A DNA stretch of 64,000 nucleotides from Magallana gigas (taxonomy: Eukaryota). The translations under genes and the position numbers were made by a program. Below, piece after piece: positions 11,468 through 24,709 of this stretch. The stretch covers positions 8,990,001 through 9,054,000 of the forward strand of contig NC_088858.1 in NCBI RefSeq assembly GCF_963853765.1, written 5' to 3'. The notes below the pieces were generated by a model that did no database searches, was not told where the DNA came from, and saw only the letters and a list, made by a program, of their open reading frames with translations. Position 1 is the stretch's first letter; the number at the start of each line of letters is the position of its first letter.

Positions 11468-12771
11468 ATGGAAGATCTAAGCGATGAGCAGATCGATGGT
11501 AAAAACCTTTAGCATCTTCATTTCACGAATGATATGTATCAAAACATTTTATCTGAAGTTTGCGACAATTGATCTATAAAATAATCATCGTTTTCCGTCT
11601 TAGCTATTGTATTCATTATATTTATTAATCGTTTCTTTGAAGAGTTTAGAGCTGTGTTTGATTTGTTTACCGAGGACGGGTCTGATGTTCTCAGTATCGA
11701 AACCCTGGAGCGTGTGTTGAAGACCTGCGGAAGAGAGCCATCGTCTAAAGACCTGAGAGAAGTGATTCGTTTAGTGGATCCTGCAGGTTTGTTAGAATTT
11801 ATTTCAACTCAGACATCGTCCAGACAAAGTTTTTTTTTAACTAGTATAATATTTTTTGTCATTCTTGATAAGTAAAAACACCCTTTTTTTCTTTAATGAT
11901 GTAGAATATACCTAAATATCACATGATACAGTAGTACTTTTCAAAAATATCCATTTTAAGTTCATTCGTATATTTTGAATACAATATGTGATATGTTTCT
12001 GTTTTTAGTAAAAAGAAACAAAATATTCTGACTCTTCAATCTTTTTCTGATTGACAGGGAAAGGAGAAATATCGTTTGAAGATTTTGTTTTGGTGATGTC
12101 CAAACAGATTCGACACAGTGACAAGGAGGCCGAGTTAACGGAGGCGTTTCGCGCCTTTGACGCCGATAGAAGTGGATACATCAGTGCACATGAACTTAGA
12201 ACTGTGATGACGAACATGGGCGCTAAAATGACGGAGGAGGAGATTAACGGAATGATTAGTGAGATTGACATTGATGGCGATGGAAAAATCAACTTTGAAG
12301 GTGACGTATCATGCTCCAAAGATTGTCCATCGATTTATTTGTCTTTTTGTCAGCCAACATTTTTAAAAATTATCAATCTTTGAAAAGGGAAGCAGAAAAA
12401 CTTTTTAAGTTTGGCAAACATTTTGGATACATTTAGTGCCTCTCAAATATACACAAATTTCAGGCCATATCTACTAGCTCATGATTTAAATGCATTAATT
12501 ATCATTAATCAATACCTAATCGAGATAAAACAACATACTTGATTGGGATAGGGATTCGTCCTCGGGGGAAAACCACATCTTGTATATTAGTATCTAAAAG
12601 CAAATTTGGCAGTACGAATATAGGATTGCGCGATATGTCTACTTTTTTCCTCTTTGCAGCGGTTTTTTTTTTGTGTTTATATTTGTATTCATAATTAATT
12701 GTTGACTCTACATGTATTTTACAGAGTTTGTGAGACTTGTTATCAGCCGAAAGGATCTTCTACTTCGATAA
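11468..12771 (+). CDS. Calmodulin-like protein B (154 aa), N-lobe EF-hands degenerate
   Basis: join(11468..11498,11643..11786,12058..12300,12725..12771). [31 protein letters not shown]...[12 protein letters not shown]...[12 protein letters not shown]...[26 protein letters not shown]. Probable non-coding exon ends at 10746 (AAG|gtaaag). AATAAA at 12881. Confidence 0.92.
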
Positions 12772-12943
12772 ATTTTCATTCTCACTTTCATTCCACGAAA
12801 AAGAAAAGGAAACAATCCAATGAACCTTTAATCCATGTATTACTTTTATATGACATGTATGAATTTTGAAATTAAATATAAATAAATGCACAACAAATAC
12901 CATTTCGACTTATGTATTACCTCCATTCTATTTTGACGATCAC

Positions 12944-14035
12944 CTACGAGAGGGGAGACAAAGAAACGGTGCTTATCCGACCACGAGGTTTCATAGAATG
13001 TCTTTTACAACTGCAAAAAATACACCTCAGTTCATCTCGAAATGATGGACAAGTCAGAAAATACATAAAGAAATGTCCAGCACTGTTCACGTATTGGAGC
13101 ATGTTCCCTACAGTCCAAGCCAGTTTGTATTTGGCAAATACCTTTGCCTCAGAGGTATCATTGACGAAAATAGATCGAGGTAGCTCAACAATAATAATTG
13201 GAAAAGTCAAGCCAAGAAATACGGAACTTACAGTGAGAAGCATTCTCGTTAGGTGCGAGGACCTCCTTTCAAACGTATTCGCCTCTCTTGAACTGGCTGC
13301 AAAAGAGATTCTTGAATCTCCAAATGAGATTGCTTTCCTTCTGGATTTTGCAATAGCCTTTAAAAGCAAGACATTACAGACGAACATAATCAGAAATGGT
13401 AGAACACAGAAGACGGAGAAATCAATCCACGGCCAAACATGCAATGTAAAGTGGTTCGCTTCATTACAGGGTTCTTCCTCATCGGTAGATTCCATATTCC
13501 AAAATAAATGTAAATTCAGAGCTGTCATTACAATGAAGATAGACACAACTGTAACTTTACATATTCGAAAATGGTCGTAAGATCTTGCTTTTAACGGACG
13601 ACAGACAGCTATACAGCGGTCAACGGTAACTGCTACCAAGATCCAGTTGCTGAAGTCTGTGGACAAGTAGACAAGAAACGTGTGTATTTTGCAGCCAACA
13701 GAATAGCTTCGAATATTAACGTTGAACGCATAGTGAATCCAGTCTGGAAAAAGACAGCCGTTTAACAGCAAAATGTCTCCAAGAGCAAGATATTTAAGAT
13801 AAGTGAAAGTGGGTGATCTAAACCTACAAAGTCTGTGCTGATTCAGAACAACCACAGACAAAAGACTACCAACAGTTCCGATTAGTATCAGAAACGGAGA
13901 AAGAAATGTCCACAAAGCAGTCTGAACTTTATATTCCAAAACATCACGAAATGAAAAGCTGTCATTTGAATTATTAGTCATTTTCAGTATAAAACCATGC
14001 TTGTATTTCTCAGCATCTTTCTGAAATATTGTCAT
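12944..14035 (-). CDS. Intronless orphan class A (rhodopsin-family) GPCR, FMRFamide/sex-peptide-receptor-like, 363 aa
   Basis: Seven hydrophobic segments. N-terminal NxS sites, TM2 LALGD, TM3 Cys (GCKI) and DRC motif, TM4 W equivalent absent (HLFW after TM4), TM5 PFLIM, TM6 LTFP, TM7 NSAGHFFMY, helix-8 FRDEL followed by cysteines. Confidence 0.9.
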   Translation of the reverse strand: MTIFQKDAEKYKHGFILKMTNNSNDSFSFRDVLEYKVQTALWTFLSPFLILIGTVGSLLSVVVLNQHRLCRFRSPTFTYLKYLALGDILLLNGCLFPDWIHYAFNVNIRSYSVGCKIHTFLVYLSTDFSNWILVAVTVDRCIAVCRPLKARSYDHFRICKVTVVSIFIVMTALNLHLFWNMESTDEEEPCNEANHFTLHVWPWIDFSVFCVLPFLIMFVCNVLLLKAIAKSRRKAISFGDSRISFAASSREANTFERRSSHLTRMLLTVSSVFLGLTFPIIIVELPRSIFVNDTSEAKVFAKYKLAWTVGNMLQYVNSAGHFFMYFLTCPSFRDELRCIFCSCKRHSMKPRGRISTVSLSPLS

Positions 14036-15767
14036 GATTTACTGGATCAACAAACTTATCAAAGAAAAGATAACGTCTTGGTCTGTAATCACGAAAGACA
14101 GATGAGTAAACGATGTGAAGGGCCATTTTCTCCTGTAAAAGCTCTAGAAATGACTTCTCCGATAATGACAACACTTTATGACAACGAAAAGGCCCAGAAT
14201 CGGTATGTTTAATGGGATATTTTGGAATTTTCTACCCGCCATAGCAATTTAGAACATTTAACCTAATTTTGGTTTAATGAATTTGTTTAACCGACATATA
14301 AAATCTAAGTAACTATTGTAATCTTAAATAATATTCATGTAAAAGTAGGAAAATTGGTCACAATCTGGGAGCATATCATCTCACAGTTTGAAAAACTTGT
14401 AGATGAAATTAAGTTCTGTTGGTCCACATTGTTCAAAATACATCTGATTAACAGTGTACGTATTAGCGGGAAATAAACGATGCAACAAATTATCTGCATG
14501 AAAAATATTCAAATACATGTACCAGCTTTGTATTTTCAAAGTTGGTTTTTTCTTTTTCGTAATTGAATACTGTATGTTGTTGATTTTAAGTCAACCGATG
14601 AGGTATCTGTCCAGGCTAAGTGTATTTAGTTTAGTAATTTAAATCTGCCTGCAAAAGATCACTTCAGTTTTGCTCCAATTATTTCCCCTTCCTTAAATAA
14701 TCTAAATCATGGCCTCTATGATCTGAGATTTCCATGAAAATGTCGAGTTTCCAGCTAAATTTTACATCCCTGAAAATAGATTCATGCAGATCTCTCTGTC
14801 TTCGAATTACACCTTAAAAAGTACATTGAATATCTCGTCCGTTAAGTTTTACCCCAAAAAATTGGACACGTTAAGTTATCATTAACCGAGTTAACAAATT
14901 TGTAGCGCAAAAAATTATAAATATTAATTCCTACAGTAAATATTATATAATAAAGAATTATTAGCTTAGCATACAATCCAGGCAGTGTTACTCTATTAAC
15001 AATACAGCAGACTGTATGAGTAGCTTCGTTATTGAATATTGTTTCCTTAACGTCAGGTAGTACTTTGAGATTATTTTGTATCACCTCCTATGTTAGTGTC
15101 TTCCTACCAGACATATTTTACTCGTTTATTCATTCAATAATACGTTATTTCTTCAAAATTAAGATAATTTCAAATGAATAGAATAAATTTATAGACATAC
15201 ACGTTAGCAATTATAGAGAAATGGGATTAAAATAACAAAACAAAATGTCGATACAAACATACAATATGAAGATAAACTAATTCTAAGTTAAGTATATACA
15301 GCAGAGCATGACACAGGTGCAACTATTTAATCATTATTACGGCTCTCAAAACGAAAAACCTCATTATTATATGCGACCAGTTCCGGGTTTGGGGTTCCGA
15401 TCCAAGAGGGCGAGGAACAGTTAGTCGTCAGGAAGGCAATATACTTCTGAGGACAGATAGATGATCAAATTGTTTGCAAGATCAGGTTCTTCGTTTACAA
15501 TTTAACGTATTCCGTTGCGATCTTGTTGCCACTAATTGACTTGCTTTTTAAACTGCATAATTAAAGCAGAGAATACTCTAAAAGTTAAAATCTTGTGTAA
15601 GTTCATAAGAAATTGAAATTGCAAAAAAAGACTTTACTATTGAGTGAATTTAAAAGAACGTTCGTTTCCGATGAAGCGAATGCGTGTCAGTCATTTAAAT
15701 TAGTTTGATTTTTCCAGACTTTTAATTCTTTTACTTTGACCGATCGGATTTTTGATCAACTTCCAAA

Positions 15768-17406
15768 ATGGAGAAGAAAATAGTTGTTGAATGTGAAGTA
15801 GACTCAAATTTAGAAGCAAACAGTGATTTGGCATTGGATATGAAGTCTGATTCGACTTCAGAGACCGGAAGTGAAGAGTGTCCGGAAGTTGACAATGCAG
15901 TTAATGCAAATGTTCCATCCAGGACAGTTCATACATCAATATCACAAGACGAAAATCTGAAAGAGGCAACACCAGTCTGGGAAGGTTTGAAAACTTCTTT
16001 CATTACAACGAAACGTTGTTCAATAATACTAAGTAAAAGTTTTTAATATCTAATTCTGATATCGTTAGTTGGTATCCATTATTTAACAATTAGTCAAATA
16101 ATCATTTACAAAATATAGATATACGTCAGCGAAAATTTATAACATTGTGGATTCCATAAGAGAAAGCAACGATTAAAATTGAAAAAATGCACGAGAATGC
16201 AAGAAGTATGACAAAAGTTACACATGGATTTGTGTTAAGACGATGGAGGGTAAACATCCACTGAATAAGCAGTAAAACACACGCACAAGGTTCAATGAGG
16301 AAAAATATATCGTCTTTGGGAGTTGCATAACAACATAGATTTAAATCAATTGAAATAAAGCATCGCAAAGTGATTAAATAAAATAATGTTAGTGATGGTA
16401 TTCACTTTTGTGAATACAATATAATACAGAGCGACGTTGCCTTCACAATTTTTATTTGCCCTTTGTAACAGTTTCAAATGTTTATTTTTAACACCTGATA
16501 ATTTTTGCCGTGAAACATACTTTTTATACTAAAATTACAGAGGTGCATTTTCTATGATTTATAAAATTTTACATTCTTAGTTTTTATAACTTTTTCCGAG
16601 AATTTTTTTTTTATAAATGCACGTGACTTGATTGTTTGACTATTTCTCTGATGTTCAAGACTACAAATTGATCTTCGACAAGTTTGACAGGGACGGGGAT
16701 GGATACTTGTCGTCTGATGATGTTCGAAATGTCTTACGCTCTTACGACATGCTGTCAACAGAGGGAGAGCTACAGGATGTAGTTGCTGAATTGGACAAAA
16801 AAGGTACATCCTTAAAATAATCGTGCAAACTCTAAGCATATTGGTCTTTAATCGACAGCGTGTTTTATGAAATGTATATTTTCATTATTTAGGGGACGGT
16901 CTTATAACACTGGAGGAATTTGTTTCCGTAATGAACAGTCACAAATCCATATTCAGTAAAAAAGACGAAAAGGATCTGGAGTTTCGCGAGGTGTTTCGCA
17001 TTCTTGATAAATCTGGAACAGGGCGAGTGACAAAGCAGGCTCTGTGTGAATTTATGTCGGAGTTTGAGCCATCTTTTGACGAGGGGCACGCTTTTGAACT
17101 TATGACTCAGTTTGATACTAAGGGTGACGGAGACCTGTGTTATGAAGGTAATCGATTTGGTTGTTTTCTTTTTACGGAATCTTCTTTTGGTTCTAGCGTC
17201 CCTGAACTGGCGATTCTAAAACCCCGATTTGGATAGTGATGCTTTTGGCAATTCCAAAGCAAAAACGTTGATATAATTATAATACAGGTATCCAATAAAT
17301 TTTGGATTTATTATTCTTACGATATTTCTTAAAGATGTAAATTTCTACAAGTACTTTGTATAATTTTGTTGTAGATTTTGTCAAGTTGTTGACAGCAAAG
17401 GTTTGA
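15768..17406 (+). CDS. Calmodulin-like protein C with acidic N-terminal extension (about 215 aa)
   Basis: join(15768..15984,16660..16803,16893..17147,17375..17406). The EF-hand exons (144/255/32 bp) are firm. Linking the 217-bp first exon rests on a phase-1 GAAG|gtttga donor that matches the phase-1 acceptor at 16660. Confidence 0.78.
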
Positions 17407-17877
17407 CAAGAAATCATACGAGTTATCTCTCTTCAGTCGACATCTCAAGCTGATTGGCGTTGAATGAAGCTTTCCTAAATTCGGATATTTTATTTTAGAA
17501 ATACATGTCGGTGTTATAACAAACCTAAAGAGTGGTGATTACAAGAGGAAGTTCATTTGAGAGAATGTTAATTTTATGCGTTTAAGGTTGTATAATAATA
17601 CTGATATATTTTTTTAAAGATGTCAATAAACTTTTGAAGACAAATGGATTTAAAAGTCTCATAAAACTGCAATGGTGTGTTATCAAATATATATTGATTG
17701 TAAGTTATTGTTATATACATAAATAGGCAAGATATACGATGTAAAAAAATATCTTATAATTGATTATTGTTTTTGTCTTTCATCGAATACATGAATGCAA
17801 GAAAATGGGCGTAATTATTTTTCATTTTCCCACGTCTTTGTGTCTGATAAAACTTCATTGTCTTCAACTAGCTGAAC

Positions 17878-18291
17878 AGGCATGCCATGGTCACGATTTG
17901 GTCAAAAAAAAAATTTTCCGTTTTTAATGTTTACAATGCTTAGGTAAGGCATTTCTAATAGTCAACCAAAATTTGAGTAGCAGTCGTCGAGTTATAAGCG
18001 AGATACAAAGCTCATAGTTCTTTGTTATGTAAACAAAACTCTGGTCATGTTTTTTGTTTCTATCTCGAATGTTAACAAGAAAACTCCAGGTTTAGACATA
18101 AAATGAATGCAACACACACTAGGAACTGTCCATTAATGTTCATAACGAATGAGCAGGTAAAGAAAAAATAAGTTTTAAAAAAATCGTACCGGTATCTTGA
18201 AACAATGTAAACAAAAAGGCACGACTTTGGGTGACGCAAAACATGAACAATAAAAATAGAAAATATAATTTGCCCAAAATCGCGATCATGC
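17878..18291 (+). mobile_element. Degenerate copy of the Kolobok-like MITE at 36301
   Basis: Left end ...CATGGTCACGATTTGGTCAAAA, right end CAAAATCGCGATCATGCC. Internal blocks (GAGTTATAAGCGAG, AAAATGAATG, TAGGAACTG) are collinear with 36301-36764. Confidence 0.75.
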
Positions 18292-21176
18292 CATGGGGAA
18301 AATTATTCCATGCGGAATGGTTTACTGTTTGGTAAACAAAATCTCTGAATTTTTAAAAATCAAATTTTAACCATGGCAACTCTGTAAATTTTCCTGTAAA
18401 ATGTCAATAAAATGGTATATAACAACGTAATCTCGTTATCCACTACTAAATAAATCATTAGATTAATTCACATTCAGATATTTATTTCGATATGCTTATT
18501 AGATGCCAAAAAGTATCGACAAAATACATTACAATTTTTTTATATAACAGAAGACGTACGTCTTACAGCAAAATGTATGTGATTTCATAGAAATATATAA
18601 ATAGTATATACTAGTAGTTTCCATTTATTAATTACAAATTGGTAACGAATATGAAAAGGTTTGTGTTTCATTAAAAAGATTTATTCAGGACAATTATGAT
18701 TTTTTAGAAAAATAAAAATCAATTTACATGTACACGGTATTTCGATTAAACAGGAATGCGTATTTGGTATAAATGTTAAATGAACTTATACCGCTGTGAT
18801 TCTCGTTTCAATTCAGATTAGATAGATTATACTTTATTGAAGAATAGCTTGCCCCTATCAATAGATAATTCTAGATAGCTGTTGCTCGGTAAACCATATG
18901 TTGTCAGCTAAAAAGACATTACCTTTACAATATTTCAGAATTTCATACGGATATTGACAGCGCTGAGTGTATCTGGTATGGCTCGCATGGTTTTCATGTC
19001 AAAGTTCAATATAACTGATATACCATTTGATTTTTTTTTTCAAATTTACTCAATGCAGGGGGGGGGGGGGGGTATATACACGGTTTTGATTTACAACTAT
19101 CTCTAATTATTCAATTCAAAAAGTATGCTTGCATGTAAAGATACTCCATATATATGCTTGCTCTGTCTTTCTTTGAAATGATATATCAAATTTGATGTAA
19201 TATAGGATTGCACAGTGGTAAAATGTTCTTTTAATTTTTTTTTTAAATAGTACTAACAAATAAAAGTATTATATTAATTCAGTCATTTAATTCTAGGTTA
19301 AGACTATATTCGCAGGTACTTATCGAGTCTTTATGGTGAAATTTAAGGTAGATGAAAAGTGTAAAATATTTAAAATCAACCAAGTATAATTGAAGTGTAC
19401 AAAAAGCAGGTTTGTTTGCACCGCTGTAGGAAGTTCATAGGGTGGGAATTTTTTATTTAATCCTACAAATTCAACTAGGATTTATTATTTTGGAGTCGGG
19501 CAACTCGGGGCGCAGTCAAGATCATATTCCTTCAAAAGAGAAGGTGTAATTCTCAAAAGTATTACGGACAGTTTTTTAATAAACAAGTACATTTTTGACT
19601 TATGAATAGGCATTGTACATAACGCAACATAGTTTTGTGTAAAAGAAAAAAAACATAGCACTGCATTTGTTCTACTAACGCGCGAAGTCAAGAGCGCAAG
19701 GCCAATACATATCAATTTCAGTTTGCACACAATCATGACAAAGTTCAGCCCTTTGTTAAAGAGTTTATTATTCTTTTTTATTCGTTAAAGAGACACTGTT
19801 GCATAATAAGCAATAACAGACTGAACGAGTCAGCCGAAATAATTCAGAAGGAATATTGAATCCCTTCATTCCAGTTGATTAAATCATGTTCGACAGAATT
19901 CAAACGCCTGAATGTTGAAGCAAGTTTGCTATTTTTGCGCCTCTCCGATTTGTTTACCTGTGCAATGACCCACCAGTACCTTTAACTTTCGCCGCAATGC
20001 GACATGTTGTACCAAACAAAATCCGCAATGCGACAAATCTCCATAGCGTCTTATCATAAACCGGCTGCCCTGACCGAAAGCCTTCCATTATTCTTAAACC
20101 CTCTTCCCTTTTCTTCAATCCTGTTTAGTTTAGTGTTTTAGCCCTATTGTCACTTGTACTTTAACAAAGATATTCTTGGTATCCACAGCCCAGAGTGAAC
20201 CTTCGGGAGCTTGTAAATAAAAAAAAAATAGTCAAGAAGTATCATATGAAAATCAAACAACATGACTTTATTTGTCAGGGTATGCCTTGAAATCAGAATT
20301 TAAATGAAAAAAAAATATAATCACCAACCAATCTTTAGCCCAAATATTTCTTATACATTTTCAATTACATAATTATATGCGATTGACTACAGTAAGTGTT
20401 GACATGAATGACTATTAATTGATTTAATTGTATGTATCGGTAATTAACACAAATCCAGTTTATAATATTGGCTCAGTAGGAGATCTATACTTCATTAAGA
20501 TCATTGTGAGTGTATTAATGAATGCTATGTACTTCTCTTTCTCACTAAACGACTGTCTACATCCTATTAACAATCTGGGTCGAAACATGCCGAGGAGCCC
20601 GATATTTAATGAGTGTCGCACTGCGTCATATTGTCAAGGAATTCGTATTCTATAGCTACTGACTTCAATTCTTTCAGATGCAATGAACTTAATCTGATAA
20701 TTGCCCTTTATCAGTTTCGCTTTTGAATCACAAAAAGGGATAAAAATAAACTCTCTGCTTTTTAAGAACTAAACAATCTGATATTTATTTTGTAAAAAAA
20801 AAAACCAAAAAAAAAAACAAAAACAATATCTATCCAACACGATGACAATGTGAATGTAAATTCAGGTATTTATTACATAATTGGCATATCTTCTTCCGGA
20901 TTGTTTATTGCATCATAAAAATCCAACTTTTTCAGTCGTTGATTCTTTCTCATACAGTCGTGATAAATCGGAACGAAATACATCGACATAACAGGCCCTT
21001 TCCATGTTCTATTCATTCGAATCCATATCTAGATTAAACATTTGATTAAATCTAAAATCTGGGCCGCTTTGTTTGGCAAAGACTTGCAGTGACCCGTTTC
21101 ACTGTTAAACCGATTCACCCACACCTAAGCTAGCCAGTCAACCGAACTGATCAGAACACACCAGACGACAACTACC

Positions 21177-22998
<1,822 letters not shown>

Positions 22999-23702
22999 AT
23001 GGGATTGTTTCACCTAAACAGAGCAGTACATCGACTTCCACTCAAGGCCAGATCTTCTACATCAATGTGCTGAAAGTGAAATCAAACACAGAAATGAGAT
23101 CGTTTTTATACCGTGTATACCTAGTGAGACATTATACATTCGTTTTGGAACATTGAATATTAATGATCTGACACATACATATATTTTATATGAACATTTT
23201 ATTATTTATGTTGAATAAAACCTGTTGGAAAATATTTTATCAGAATTTGGTATCATGGATCAATGAAAAGGGAATTGTCGAAAAGAGAAATTATTTAGTT
23301 TCGATAAAGTTGAAATATTTTGTATAACAGTCCCTTTGTTACTATAGAAAACCTAGATAAAAGATCAAGTCTGGGGTAATTAATCCTAAAAAGCAGAAAG
23401 ATCAATATTGTAAGATAAGATAAAAAGATTCAGCTTTATGCCATTATGTAACGTTCATAGGTTCTAGGAGATCGAAGAATGAGGTTTAAATCAATTTACC
23501 CAGAAAAGAATTTCTTCCGACCTAACGAAGTAAAGTGCATTTTTGTTTTAGGGGCAATAACATCGAGAACAAAGCATGCAAGATAAGATTTATGTTCTTG
23601 AAAATTCATCGTAGTTTAATAACTGAAATTAAACAAACCTACACTTGTTTAATTAACTTTAAACAAGTCTATGTATATCTTTATTATAAATGTGCACGAC
23701 AT

Positions 23703-23855
23703 NNNNNNNNNNNNNNNNNNNNNNNNNNNNNNNNNNNNNNNNNNNNNNNNNNNNNNNNNNNNNNNNNNNNNNNNNNNNNNNNNNNNNNNNNNNNNNNNNN
23801 NNNNNNNNNNNNNNNNNNNNNNNNNNNNNNNNNNNNNNNNNNNNNNNNNNNNNNN
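23703..23855. other. Assembly gap (153 N)
   Basis: Run of N. Confidence 1.
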
Positions 23856-24709
23856 CGCAATGCGACATATCACCATAGCAGTGTTTACTCATGGTTTAAC
23901 GTCTCGGACAGAGGGGCCATAGTTAAGACCTCCTTCACGATTTAATGACGGATTATAGAAAATAATGGTTTTCTTATTATTCAAGCCCGTGAAAGTTTTA
24001 TTTTATGACAGTTTTATCTTAACACAACTCAGGATACCCAATGCTCTCTGACAATGACTTTCAGAATTTTAAATTGCCATGAATAAAGGCTGCTTACTTG
24101 ATTTGAGATAATCCTTCATTTTGGAAATTATGAGATACAAGAAATTAACTAATCAACATTGAATTAAGGTGGAACCTGTTGTTGTCAACAGTGTTGATTA
24201 CAATGAATTCTGTTTCAATTTCTCTAATACGTTAAGCTTCACAGCTTATTAAGGCAATTAGGTACATGAATAAAATGTATAAACAATTCCCATGCATATT
24301 GTGTTAAAGACATACGTGTTTATAGGAGAACATGAACTGACAACAAGTAAAATACACTATGCATCATGATTGTCCCTTGATTTCATTCTATTAAACTGTT
24401 AAACATATTTAATTCAAGGTTACACCGCTCTTAATGATTTCCGTATTAAATACGAAAAATAAATAAATTGGAATAATTAAAACATTGAAAATTACTTCTT
24501 AAATGTTTAATGTTCATTAAACATCGAGGCAATTCTGCCTTCCAAATGTCAGATTATGTCATTCTAGACATCATTTTCTTAGCAGCAAAGAATTTGATTT
24601 TTTCAGATCAATGAAATCTTATAATGTACAACCAAACAAATAAACAAAACAATTGAATTTAAATGCCGCAATGCGACATGTCGCTAGAATGAGCATACGG
24701 AATGGTTAA
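23856..24709. mobile_element. Possible TTAA-ended DNA element remnant
   Basis: The CGCAATGCGACAT motif occurs at 23856 and about 24666 (also twice near 19993-20034). The segment ends ...GAGCATACGGAATGG-TTAA, which resembles a piggyBac-like terminus on the - strand. The left end is not visible and may lie in the gap. Confidence 0.3.

Noticed and set aside
12912-13580. 222-aa ORF antisense to the GPCR
   Set aside because: It lies almost entirely opposite the GPCR coding sequence and has no motifs. It is best explained as a shadow frame.
16161-16249. Possible extra 89-bp exon in calmodulin-like C
   Set aside because: It is open in the incoming phase but ends in phase 0, whereas the next exon needs phase 1. 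I found no bridging exon.
17392-17406. C-terminal TAKV of protein C as a PDZ ligand
   Set aside because: Position -2 is Ala, not Ser/Thr, so it does not fit the class I motif, and the class II fit is weak.
23535-23945. Several ORFs spanning 23535-23945
   Set aside because: They are artefacts of translating through the 153-N assembly gap.
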